Origin: Chlorokybus atmophyticus
Lineage: Eukaryota > Plantae > Mesostigma and Chlorokybus algae
DNA length: 64,000 nt
Assembly (NCBI GenBank): GCA_009103225.1
Contig: RHPI01002069.1
Coordinates: 2,504,846-2,568,845 of the forward strand
Direction: 5' to 3'
Part shown: in pieces, positions 40,595 through 52,610 of the stretch
How positions within the stretch are numbered: position 1 is the first letter of the stretch
How the letters are laid out: each line of letters starts with the position of its first letter
Notes under the pieces: model-generated
What the model saw: only the letters and a program-made list of their open reading frames with translations
Databases searched by the model: none
What the model was told of the DNA's origin: nothing
Program-made: the position numbers and the translations under genes

Positions 40595-42360
40595 TACAGC
40601 TCACTCAACTTTTGGCGATGCCAACTTGGAGACGCCACACGATGTCACCAGGAGCATGGCGTTTTACAGCGTTTTTGATGGCGTCGTGGATCGTTGCAAT
40701 TGGTCGTTGTTTGAATTCTTTGATATCAACATCAACAGGGATTTCGCGGCACTAACTAATCGTAAGAAGTGATTCACGTCTTTGGTACACCAGCAGCAAA
40801 TAGGGCTTGTAAAATGTTAAAACTAAGAAGGATTGCGTGAGACAAAACTCGACATAATCTGATGGTTGGCTGTACACATTACCATCAAGAAGCCTAAATT
40901 ATGTGGAAATAACATGGAAAATAAAGCAGACTCAACATTAAGACCTTCAATGTTGTACGCACCACATGTATCCTTGTGTATCAATAGCGGTACACATGGG
41001 TCTCGCAGCAACACATGTATAACGCGCAACATGGTGGCCACTGTAACTTCAACTGTGCTGCAAAAAGGAAATGGCAACAAAGTGGTTATAACGTATGTGT
41101 ATGCTGATACGCCAGCAATGTTCAAAGGATTGAAATCTTGTGCACGAGACACTATACTACGAATAGTACAGTAACCAACAGTACGGATAGCATCGTAACC
41201 AAATAATTGTTCTGCCAAGGTCTGATACTTCTGCGTCAGCGTGTTGGGAGAAAAATCTCACCAAGAAACTCCAGTAAGAACGTAGCATGCTGGTTCTGAT
41301 GTGTGAATTTGTCTCAGGTGATGAACGGACCATTTATTGTATTCAATTGCTGCACTTGGTCAGAAAAAAAATGAAATCATATGGGTTATATAAGTCCTTA
41401 AGCACAATAGACGTGTTCACAATAGACAACATGTGCAGTACCATGGGGTGTGCCTCCAGCAGCTTGCGAGTGTACACTGCGCTGTGCAACGTGATGTAAT
41501 TGCAGCTCTCCGATCCATGGGAACAACGATCGCATCTGTGGTGATTACTCTCAAACTTAGAGTAATGTGCACTTAACATATTGGCAAGGTCGTGTGGGGC
41601 AACATTGCGTGAAAAATGGCGCATTATTGCCCGGTATGTGGAAGCAGAGGAGTGAAACTGTACATGTCCGCACAATGAGCAACACTGCATTTGTGTGACA
41701 AACTTACGCTGCGCATCTTGCCACGAAAAGAGCATATAATTGCGCTCGTTCCACAGTTCGCAATGCCAAGACAAATCGCAATGATGCTCGCAACTCAAAG
41801 CGCATGACACACCGTTCACGACAAGCTACACCTTAAACGCCGCCGCCGCCAAAGCCGCCGTCATTACCAAGAGCCCGTCTCGTCACAATATGGTGCAGTC
41901 AGGACAACACAAGGTGTTGATATCGCGACATTGTTCCACATATGCCGGCATATAACTTCATATGGTCCATATGGCATGAGCATGTAACACTTATTAAGAT
42001 AGTACATTCATTTACAACGTCGCTGCACGTTATGTGCAGCGGGTCACAGTGCATAACGCAAAAACTATAATCACCAAAATAATGCTAACCTTAAACACCT
42101 TAACGTTATGATTCAATTAAACAGCAAGTAGTGCCATTGGACCACCGTTCGGTTGTATAAATTGTATAGCAAATGGTGTATAGACTTGACAAGGGCCGTT
42201 GCCACAAAAAATCTGCCAATTGTTGCAAAGATGCTCAAAAATATCTCAAAGGCATCTCCACTGGTAATTTTGAGGCCCCCAACATCCTGCATGTTCACGG
42301 CAAACGGACTAAAAATTCAATCCTTTTGCCGTTTTAAGCCACTTTTGCGTTGAATTTTAA
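40595..42360 (-). mobile_element. Helitron copy 2, 5' portion, truncated by CACTA-like element 2
   Basis: 41343-41819 matches 26056-26439 (KFVT.MQCCSLCGHVQF). 40823-41218 matches 26675-26992. 40596-40760 matches 27060-27190. 42060-42250 matches an arm of the 19.7 kb palindrome. Confidence 0.85.
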
Positions 42361-42559
42361 CATGATGGTGTGTGTTTTGTCCGATCCCTACCGATGCGAA
42401 ATCGTGGCTTTCACCTGCTAATTGATTGAACATTGATCGCCGTTAGCAAGGGCTGTTAGTGTTGTGAAAATTCAAGCCGCATGCCCTGAATTTACGACAT
42501 AATTTGCGTCATCTTGATTTATACTGAATGAGTATGTGAATGCCGTTGATTTTCAACTA

Positions 42560-45500
42560 GGGTAAGTGTGGCTAACTCCGGACACTTTTTGCGGCTAAGG
42601 ATTCTGTAAGCGCTGTGATTAGGGTTGATGTGTGTTTTTATGTGTGTGTTAAATTTAATCGAGCAGTTGGGCTGACTGCTGACGATGACATGACAGTTTT
42701 GGTGCAGTGATGCGTCTGCACTGTGTGGTTATAGACCAGCCTGTGCTGGCTTGAGCTAAAAACGGCTGTTCCTAACTCTGGACAGCCTGTTTTTGCAGGG
42801 TTTTGGTAGGGCCTGTGGGGTTGTTGTCAACAGGGTTGGCGGGAAAGTGCACGGCGTGAGCGGGAATGCATCTGGAGGCAAGGCAAGGAGGCGTGGCAGT
42901 GGTTGTCACAGGTAAGGCATGGGTAGGCATAGTGTGCATGCATGCATGTGTTGTGTGATGGCAAAGGCACTGCATTACACTGTGCTATGTACAAGGGTGT
43001 GTTCTTGAGCTGCATGTTGTCCTAGACTGGCTGGCTGTTGAACTGCTGTGCGTTTTGCGTGCGCCACATGAAGTGTGCGTGTGCGCGCGCAGCCCCCTCT
43101 GCCACGGCTTGCTGCCTTGCCTCCGCTGCTGCCTTTGCCTCACGCTCTCGTCTCAAAGCATCCTCCTTCGCCTGGCGCTTCTCCTCCGCCGCTGCCGCCT
43201 TGGCTGCCTCACGCGCAGCTGCCTTGTGGCGCTTCTGCTGCTCCTTCATGGCCTTGTTGTAAGTGGCCCCATGCTTCTTATGCGCAGCTCTTGCTGCTCT
43301 CTCCATCTTGGTCTCCTCTGCAGCTTTCTTACGCTGCTCTTTTGTATGCAAGTAGCGCACCAAGTTGTCGAAAGTGAGGATGCAAGCGCCCTCTAGCCTG
43401 TGAAAATCCTCCTCGGGGATCACCTCCTCGGCCTCCTCTGCCCCCTCGTTCTCCTGTGCCTCCTGGCTCCCCCCATATTCTTTCTGCCAAGCTGACTATC
43501 CTGCCTGCAGCAAGGCTGAGGTGAGTGCTTCCCCTTGCAGGGGGGTNAAACGTGGCACACAAAGTGTTACAACTCCCTTGCAAGAAGTCAAAGAGTTGGT
43601 CAACAATGGTTACAAGTTAAATCTTGTGAACTCATTTGACTAAGGCTTGTGTACAAGTAAGCAAGTGCTCACTTGTCAAGCAGGCAAGCTTGGGGGGGGT
43701 CGGTTGCTGTTTGGTCTTATGTGTCGTCACGTAGTTTGTGGGCAAGCGTGTGCTTGTCTCCAGGCCACAGCCCTGCATGCATGCATATGTGGTGAGTTGC
43801 TATGCATGTTGTGTGCATGTGTGCATGCGTGTGTCATCTCACCACATGCTCTGACGCCGTTGGTTATGTTGGCGTAACTCATTGCTAACATAAATGGCTT
43901 AGCGGCTAGTTTCACAAACTCGTCCTTTGTCATCCTGTCCGGGTTCTCATGAAGCATGTACGTGTGGTGGTCTTCACGGTAACGAGCCTTAATTGAGGAA
44001 AAGCATGACACGTTTAGCACCTGCAACGTCAGAAATAGGTTAGGTGTGTGCATGTGCTTGCATGTGTGCTAACGGTTGTCATGCTTACCTGCATGGCGTG
44101 TGTCAGGTGCGGGGGCAGGAGGATGATGTGCACTCCATGCTCCCATGCCCTGAGGATCAGGCTGAGTTGCATTCCGGAGGAGTGGCCGTCTATCACCAGG
44201 ATGCATGGGTTGCTGGGGCTAGATCCTCCAGGTACAAACTTTAGGAAATGGTCAAACCACTCTGAGAATCTTTGGTTGGTCATGTAGGCATTCTCCTGCG
44301 TAGATGAGTGCGTGTGTGTGTTGCATGTCTGCTGCATGTGTGCAGTGTTGTGCATGCATGTGTGTTTACAGTGTGTGTGCATGCATGTGTGTTACCTGCA
44401 TGGCAACCATGCTGCCCACAGGTGCATCCTTGAGGTAGTCTGCTGTCCCGCGTTGGCCATTCAGTATGTACAGGAGGGGCATGCTGACACCTGCTGCTGA
44501 GACACACGCCATGATGCTCATATGCTCCCTGTTGCCAACCTTGCGGTGATAAGGGTTTTTGTACCCTCTGGGTGCAATGACCTTCACAATGCCAGTGTGC
44601 ATGTGTTGTGTTACGTACTAATAGTGGTACCTAACTTGTCAGGTTCCAGCCCTGTCTCGTCGGCGTTGTAGACTCTTTACGCAGGGATACCCAGCTCATG
44701 CAACAGGGGCAGGTAGAGATCAAAGAACTTGTACGCGTTGATCCTTGTTACTGCTTTGTGTCTTTTTTTATCTAGCCCCTCCGCAACCCTTCAGCTGAGA
44801 TCCCACTTCGTGAATAGTCCCTGCACCACATAATAGTAACTTTCCAAACCTCCGCAACCTCTCTTGGCCACCATTTAGCATATGCAACACCTGCAGTGCG
44901 TGCAAGTAAGTTATCTGCTTGCATGCTTGACTATTTGCATGAATGCCTGTTTGCATTGCACTCTCACTTACCTGTTGTTGCAGTTGGTGCACGGTGGGAG
45001 AGTGGTCTATGTCACACTTTGTATGCACCCATTCATACAGCTGCTGTGGCTCCTTGGTGAGGATGGAAGCCTTGGCAGGGCTGCGAGGGCGCTCCAGCTT
45101 GATTGGGTCGTGCAGATAACCAGATAAGGTGCTGCGAGGAACCCTTATGCTAATGACTGCCTTGTGCAGCCTCACCACACCAGCCTGAACTCGAGCTATG
45201 GCCTATGCAATTCTGGCTATAGCTTCATCATCATAAGCCCATGAGATGTGTATGCCTGATGTGGGGGTAGGGGGGACCTGGGCCTCTTCCCCTTCTTCTT
45301 CGGTGAGGCAGTAGGTGTGTGCAGACGCCTACGCTGCTTAGGGGTTCTGTCACTAGGTGTCTGCACAGTAGTAATGCCCGAAGATGAGAAACAACCCTCT
45401 GAAGGCATGATGTGCATGCATATGAGTTAACAGTAGCAGTAGCAATAGCAATAGCAGTAGCAGTAGCAGTAGCAGTAGCAGCTTGGAACACATTGTATGC

Positions 45501-46284
45501 AACACCAACTCACATTGCTGTTGGTCGTTTCGTCACTGCCTTGGCTGCCCCGTGTACGCATGCTGACCTCCCCCTCCCCCCCCCCCCCNNNNNNNNNNNN
45601 NNNNNNNNNNNNNNNNNNNNNNNNNNNNNNNNNNNNNNNNNNNNNNNNNNNNNNNNNNNNNNNNNNNNNNNNNNNNNNNNNNNNNNNNNNNNNNNNCCCC
45701 CCCCCCCCCCCCCCCCCCCCCCCTCGCCCTCGTGCACGCTACCCTCACCCCTCTAACACCTCAGCACTATGCCAACACAAACACAAACCCAACCAAGCAC
45801 TAATCACTCATCTACTGCAAGCAAACACACGTTACAACTCAACTCGCACGCCAAGCACAACTACACAACAACTCACTATTTATGGGTCGCGTAAGAGACA
45901 CTTGCATTTTTCGTTGGCCCGAAACCAAGGCAAATGAATAGCAAATTGAACGCGGTTGGGCGCGTTACAGTCTTCATAATTACGTCCACACACATGCCAA
46001 GTTTCATTGCCATCGGGTTAGCTAAACCTTATACCCACGCACTCAAAGTTGTATCAACCATGGTCTTGTGGTTAAAACACATCAAACAGTTTGAATCTGG
46101 CGCCATATTACTGACTCAAACGCGCTGAAACTGGGCAGGTAGGCTCGCGAGGGCGCTAAAAACGCCCTCATCAAGGCTCATTCCATTCGGAAGCGAGATG
46201 TGGAAGTTATGCCCTAGCAAACATTACCCACCTTACCTTAAGTGTCCGGAATTAGGAATTCTCCGGAGTTAGCCACACTTACCC
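42560..46284 (-). mobile_element. Full-length pogo/Fot-like transposon 2, degenerate, with introns
   Basis: Perfect 23-bp TIR GGGTAAGTGTGGCTAACTCCGGA at 42560-42582 and 46262-46284, with TA on both flanks. Internal motifs: HTH (44768-45178), VYNADETG (about 44665), VIDGHSS...LLPPHLTHAMQ / VLNVSCF (35 spacing, last D replaced by N) and a K/A/E tail (43022-43423). Confidence 0.92.
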
Positions 46285-46476
46285 TACACTATCAACATTC
46301 ACGGTAAAAGGCCGTGAATAAGCATGTATGACATGTGTTCTGTTGATTTGTAACGTCGTACGGTGCGAATGCCGTTAACTTTCACCTACAGCACCAATAA
46401 CGGCATAAACCCCGCCATGTATATTCAATGGCGGAGTTAACTGAGTATGCACGAATGCACCTTACCAAGCCAGCGG

Positions 46477-46746
46477 CTTGGCCTGGTCTGGCGGCCAGCC
46501 TGGTGCAGCCAGGCCGGAACACCAGGCCAAGCTTTTTCGGCCTGGTCATAATTGCAAGGTGGCGTGAAAGCCCTACGCAAGCGTGGCCTTACCGCCGCTG
46601 CGCCGGCAAGGCCACGCAGACTGTCAGGTCTGGCCTGGCCGCCAGATCAGCGGCGCTGGTCCGGCTGCGTTCGGCCTGGCCTCTTGATGCCTAGCCGGTT
46701 GCAACCAGGCCAGTTGCTCCGTCAGCAAAGCAACTGGCCTGGTTGC
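46477..46746. other. GC-rich cluster of hairpins built from CCAGGCC/GGCCTGG motifs
   Basis: An 11-bp perfect stem (46477-46487 with 46521-46531) is followed by TTTTT. A 17-bp perfect stem pairs 46701-46717 with 46730-46746. Confidence 0.7.
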
Positions 46747-47759
46747 GAAGCGCTGCCGCCGCCTGTCGGGCGCAGCACGAGGGCTGAGGGGGAGAGCGTG
46801 AGAGGGGGAGGGGCCGGGGGAAGCTGCTGCCACCATACCGGGAAGTGGGAGGCGAGCTTGCTCGCTGGACGGTGGTTTAGAGCTCAGTACTCTCTCTCTC
46901 TCTCTCTCTCTGAGCGAGGTTAAAAACTGTCACTCCAACATGCGCAATCTCCCCTTCCTCCCTCTTCGCCTTCTTAATACCTTCACCTTCCTTCCCTCTT
47001 CACCTCCTCCTCCCTCTTCCTGTCCGTCCCTCCCTCCCTTTTGTCCCTCTTCCATGATTGCGCAAATGTACGCATACATGCGCATAGCGCACGAGTGGAT
47101 GAGCACTCCAACTATACACACACATCACAACCATGCAGCACACACATCACAACCATGCACCATACACATACTTGCGGATGCTGCACTCTTTTGCGGAGAA
47201 GCATACATGTGGTAAAGATAGCGTCATTAGCAAGAATGTGCAAACTTGCAGAGTGCCTGATTTTCAATCCACAACTAATTGTACACAACAGTCATCTACA
47301 TTTTACATAGTGCTTACACAGCAGCAGCGCGATGAGGCACACACAAGCATGCACAAATGGCACGTGCACGGAGTTGCATTACACCACACATCTGTGACAC
47401 CATTCTTCCAATAACACAATAGAAATTCCGCATGCTAACTATCTACAAACAATCTGCAAGCACATATGGCAGCAGGAACAGCAACAATGACAACAACAAT
47501 AGCAATAGCAACACCAACATCAACAGCAACAGCAATAGCTACTGCTACCGCTGTGCATTCTCCCTGCCCCCCCCACTTGTGTCGTTTTTGTCGTGCGTGC
47601 ATTTGCCAGCGCGCGTTCGCATCCCATGCCAAGGTGACACTTGCCCGTGCATGTTGTGTTGTTGGTGTTGTGGCGGCGTCTTATTGCTGCCATGCGAAGG
47701 TTGGTTGGTGCGGATGGTGGGGCTGGCGCTACTCAATTATATCTACTTGACAGCTAATT

Positions 47760-48295
47760 GCAACCTAGTTAAAACGTTAGATTATTTAGTGTAGTAGTGG
47801 ATACTGCAGTCTAGGTACTCTGCAAGCTGTGTGTTTTATCTATTCAACCTTCAGAACACCTTAATGTTAAACTAGCCAACTCTTTATAGTATCGGGTCTG
47901 TTGTGCATTTGATTAATGCCATTATCAGGCACTCTAAAGCAGTCTGTGTTTCATCTATCAAACCTATGAAATACCTAAATGTTGAACTAGGTAACTTTGT
48001 TTTTGATCTAGTCTACTACTTGTTGTGCATCTAGTCGGTGTCATTACTAGGCACTCAGTGTAGTTTGGCTTTATCTAGTCCTATACCTAGTTTTCACAAT
48101 GGGGTAGGTACTGACAAGGTATGGACTAGGGCAGACCCTAGTGCAACAACTGGATATACCTAGTCTTTACCTGGCCAGCACCTAGACTTGTCTGTCCATA
48201 AGCTAGTCTAGCCGACCAGACCCCTACCTAGGTATAGGCTAAGTTACTGTTTAGCGTAGTTATCCCATTTGAAGTACATGATGTACCCTAGCTCC
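47760..48295. repeat. CTAG-rich degenerate repeat region
   Basis: About 17 CTAG sites in about 530 bp by hand count. A diverged duplication of about 118-bp period lies at 47810-47995. Confidence 0.6.
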
Positions 48296-48347
48296 TCCCC
48301 TTCCCAGACCTCCATAGTGTGCTCTCGCTGCCAGTGTTCATGTACAC

Positions 48348-48444
48348 GGACGTGACCATCAGCCGCTCTTCCTTGGCCACATGGGCCTCTGTGAGTGCAC
48401 ACACAGAGGGCCATGTGGCCAAGGAAGAGTTGATGGTCACGTCC
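48348..48444. ncRNA. Candidate pre-miRNA-like long hairpin
   Basis: About 42 paired positions with one 3-nt bulge, one G-G mismatch, one G-U pair and an 8-nt loop. Confidence 0.45.
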
Positions 48445-51400
48445 TCGCCCTTAGAAGGCATTTGGCTTACCCGCCTTACAGTGTTCAAGGATTCATTAGC
48501 TTGTCATTCCGTTTTGTGTTGTACAAATTGGCCTTCCCTCTTCCTTTAATTCATATGGCGTATGCTAGATACGGGTTGCTGATGCTTTCTCTTTGTGTTA
48601 GCCTGTATAACCGCACTGCCACGAAACATTCATGCTGAGTTCAATGATGCAAATAATAAAACCCAATAACAATATCACTGCAATCTGCCTTATCATTAAT
48701 GGACTGCATTGATTGCATTACTATGGCAGTAAGCGAACGAAAACATTTTGCTTCTGTCCTAGCAGAAGGCATCATATAATATACCCACCGCATATGTTAC
48801 AGTTGTCAATGACACAGCACAGTTCATTCCATACTAGGATCTCGCCGTATTTCAACACCCGTCGGTAGGTCTGTGCACAACATCATACACCAAGCGGTCG
48901 TTGCCAAAGTTTGCTCACATTTTCATGCGTTGCGCACAACACTCACAGTCAAATTGGCATACACGTTACAAGCAGAGTGTGGTGTGGTCACGTGGTGTGC
49001 GCTTTCATAGACCATGCATTTGCAAGTCGAATTTTTAAAACAGCTATAGGAACACTCATTAATTAAATGCGCTTAAAAGGTCACAGCAAACGTCAATTAT
49101 CGAATTCACCCGTTCACACTTTTGACAAGTGTCTTCAAATATAACTTGTTAAAAGCCAAAATGCACTTGGGTTTGTTTATGAGAAAAGCAACAATGATAA
49201 TAGGTATGTGTATGTGCTCATAGCATAATATGTCAAATTTGCTTAAGCAAGTGCTTACATATCAGCAAGACGTGGTACATTACTTCATGATAAAGTAATA
49301 ACCCACGCTCATCAAGGTAGCGGTAGGGGCGTTTTTGAAAAGGCCCTCAAGGAGGGCGCTTCGAAGCAAATGCCGCCGCGTCTCGGTCGCACCTCCGTCG
49401 CACCTCCGTCGCAGACGCAGTTGCGTCACGTGGCCGCTATATCTCACGGTCGGGTCAGCCCCGCGTCAGATTTGACGGTCAGGAAAGCCTTGAAACAGAT
49501 GTGTGCAACGGTGCCACACATTGTGGACTTGGGCTATTTCAAGAGGAAAGCTTGAAATACAATACATGGGTGTGTCTAGGCTAAGCACATCAAGTGTGAG
49601 CACATTGGAGGGTTGTAACTCTCACAAGCCATGTGCAATAAAGGTTACACAAAAGAGAAGCATTGTCAACAAAGCATATTATCATGTGGGGGCATGAGCG
49701 GTAGGTTTATCACCACACGCAATTTCCGTGTGTGGACCAAACGTGGCACACAAAGTGTTACAACTCCCTTGCAAGAAGTCAAAGAGTTGGTCAACAATGG
49801 TTACAAGTTAAATCTTGTGAACTCATTTGACTAAGGCTTGTGTACAAGTAAGCAAGTGCTCACTTGTCAAGCAGGCAAGCTTGAGGCATTCAGGCTATTG
49901 TGCAAGTGCGTCTAAGGGAAGGCTTTACAAATAGGGTGTTGGGGAAGATCATTGAAGGGGGTGCTAACTAGTATGAAATGTACTTGGTGTACTTACTATT
50001 ACGGTTGTTGTGACATACCAGCAGTCTTGTATAAGTTGAGAGTGACTTGTTGTAACGTAGTGTGAGTCTTATGTCTTGTGATGTTGTAGGAGTGCAACAC
50101 ACAAGTGTAAACACATAAGCATTGCATAAATTAAGAGTGATTCGTGTGCGAGTGTTGTGTCGCAACAAAAGTGCTGTACACAATTGCGTTGCGTTGCGAT
50201 TTACATTGACGTCACTCAAATGTGGTATAAGCAATTTTAGGTTGGGCCGGCGTCACATCAGTGCCCCCCTTCCAATATAATGCCCCCTTGAGATTTTTGG
50301 GGGGGTAATTGTATTTAAGGGGGGCACTCTATTCGGGAGGGGGCATTGTATTAGATTACGATTACGTTTATTGTCCATACTTGACTGTATGTAACGCAAT
50401 GAGTAACACAACCGTAGTCTTAATGTAACTTGTTGTTAGTTATTATTGTGAATTGATGTGATTACCCAATTAAGTCAATGACAACAACAACAGCAACAAC
50501 AATTATCATGACCACTCCATTTTCAATTCCAAAGGCTCAGCTTGGTGTTGCGGAGAGTTGCATACCCCATAGTCTGCTGGGTCTGGACTAAGATTGGGAC
50601 TACGTGCAAGCCCTGCTATGTAAGTCTAAGATTAGGTTTAAATCCGGGTCTTGTATTGATTGTTGTGCGCGAAAGCTCTGCCTACACCTGTTGGATACAT
50701 GGGCAAGTGAGATAGACACGTACAATTTGTCATAACATGCTGGCTCGTAGCGCTGTGAACATTGCATGTATGTGCATATTGACCCAAAACTACAAGACTC
50801 TACAGCTGACATACGTTGCGCTCAAAACCGAGCAGCACAAATATACAGCACAATCAAAGAAGAAAAGAAAACAGTTGATTGCACTAACTCGAAATGCTTG
50901 GCCATGGCTTTCCTTGTTTGCGAGGCGAGGAAAGTGCCTCCTGCTCTCTTGTACGCTCATATTGCAAGCATTTGTTGAGAGAAATGAAACTGTAAGTATA
51001 CAATAGCCCAGCAAGTGCACATCTTTTGTGGCCAAGCAACTTGCAATAGTACTCTCCTGGCAGGCCACATGCTTGGTAGCTACCAGGCTGGCAGAACCAT
51101 CTCACAATCCTTGCCTTACGCAAATAGCTGAAGCCTTACCTCGCCGAGCAAGGCTCCAGCTCTTTGTGCGTTGAACTCTCCATCTAGACGCTCTGCCCTG
51201 CAAACAGCACAACACCTGCGTTGTAGTAGCACGACAGCTGCATGAATGCAATAAAAAGCAATGATACTCAAATTCCGGCACGCTTAACACCAAGTAAACA
51301 GGTTGACACAGTCGCGTAGTACTCAGTACTGAGTACTAGTACTGAGTACCAGTGCTGGTGTATGACTTAGTAACAATTGGGGCAGCAAACGAAGAAGTAG

Positions 51401-52610
51401 ATAGAAGCAGGGCAGCTTGCACAAGCATGCATTGCTCCGCGGTGTTACAAGCTCACGCACAAGCAACACACCTGTAGGGCGTCGCCGAGCGCCCTCATGA
51501 GGAACCTCTGACAATCTCTGCAGCAAGTCCAAAAGTCAAGAAGCAGTAACTAGCAACAGGCATTGCCTGACTGCTTGCTTGCGGTCAGCCGCTTGGCTGA
51601 GCGACTGGCCGCAAGCAAGCAGGTAGCTGCGCCTCTCCCAACACCCGCACCGCCCACCCGCCCGCCTAACCCCCGTGGCCGCCCAGCCGAATAGAGCTAT
51701 GCCGGCCGCACAACTGGGCGGGAAAACTTGCAAGTTGTAACATAAAGCTCGGTCAATAGTAACAATGCAATTCATAGGTCATCTTGACTGAAAATTTCGT
51801 AAAGTGCCGTCGCCAAATTAATTATTTTATAAAGATTTTATGGCACTACCGTACAAGCGTATATATAGGCTTCTTTAAGAGGCTGATGCAAAGCATGCAA
51901 AGCAACATGCGTAGAACCTACAGCAAAACACAAGCAGGGTAAGACTTTATTCAAGCAGGGGCATACACGCAAGCTATGTGACAACCAAGTGCATGCGAAT
52001 GGGGTGAAAGGCAGGGCGGGGCAGAGCAGGGCAAGCGGACAAGGCAATCAAGCACAAACCTGTAGCAACAAATGCTTGCAGTTGGAAGCAGGTACTCAAA
52101 GACATCGTTGGCAGCAACGCAGCAGCAGCAAGGCAAGGCGGGTGGGAAGGGTGTGGAGCGGGTAGTGTACAGTGCTGTGCTGTAAAATTGCAACTGCATC
52201 AGTGCTGCGGCACTTGGACTTGAAGGACTTGCTCGTTAAAGAGCCAGCAGTCTCATGAACGAATGGCAACTTCGCCTGCAGGCGAACTCAGCCACGTCAA
52301 TGTTTGGAACTTTTAGATCTTAATGGGTCTCTTCGCATGCAGCATCACTACATCGATGCACCAATGTTTGTGACTAGCAGGAGCACTATATGTTGTGTAC
52401 AACATCATAGTAGCAATAGGGGCAATGCACAAACATAACAGCAACAGCACGACATCACCAGCATGCAGCACCAGCATGCAACATGCACACCAGCACCAAC
52501 GCAACAACACCAACATGTAGGCTACCATACAAAATATGGGGGGGCATTTGTACTGCTCCCCCCACCGCGGACAACCATGCTTACCTGTTAGTGTGCCGTC
52601 ACTCACCATC

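Noticed and set aside
46690-46760. HDV-like ribozyme
   Set aside because: A TCC-containing loop exists, but P2 cannot be formed and the P3-P1' junction is non-canonical. A simple hairpin explains the sequence.
51590-52300. Hammerhead or HDV ribozyme at the PLE end
   Set aside because: No CUGAnGA...GAAA core or HDV topology was found by eye, and this PLE clade is reported to lack canonical hammerheads.
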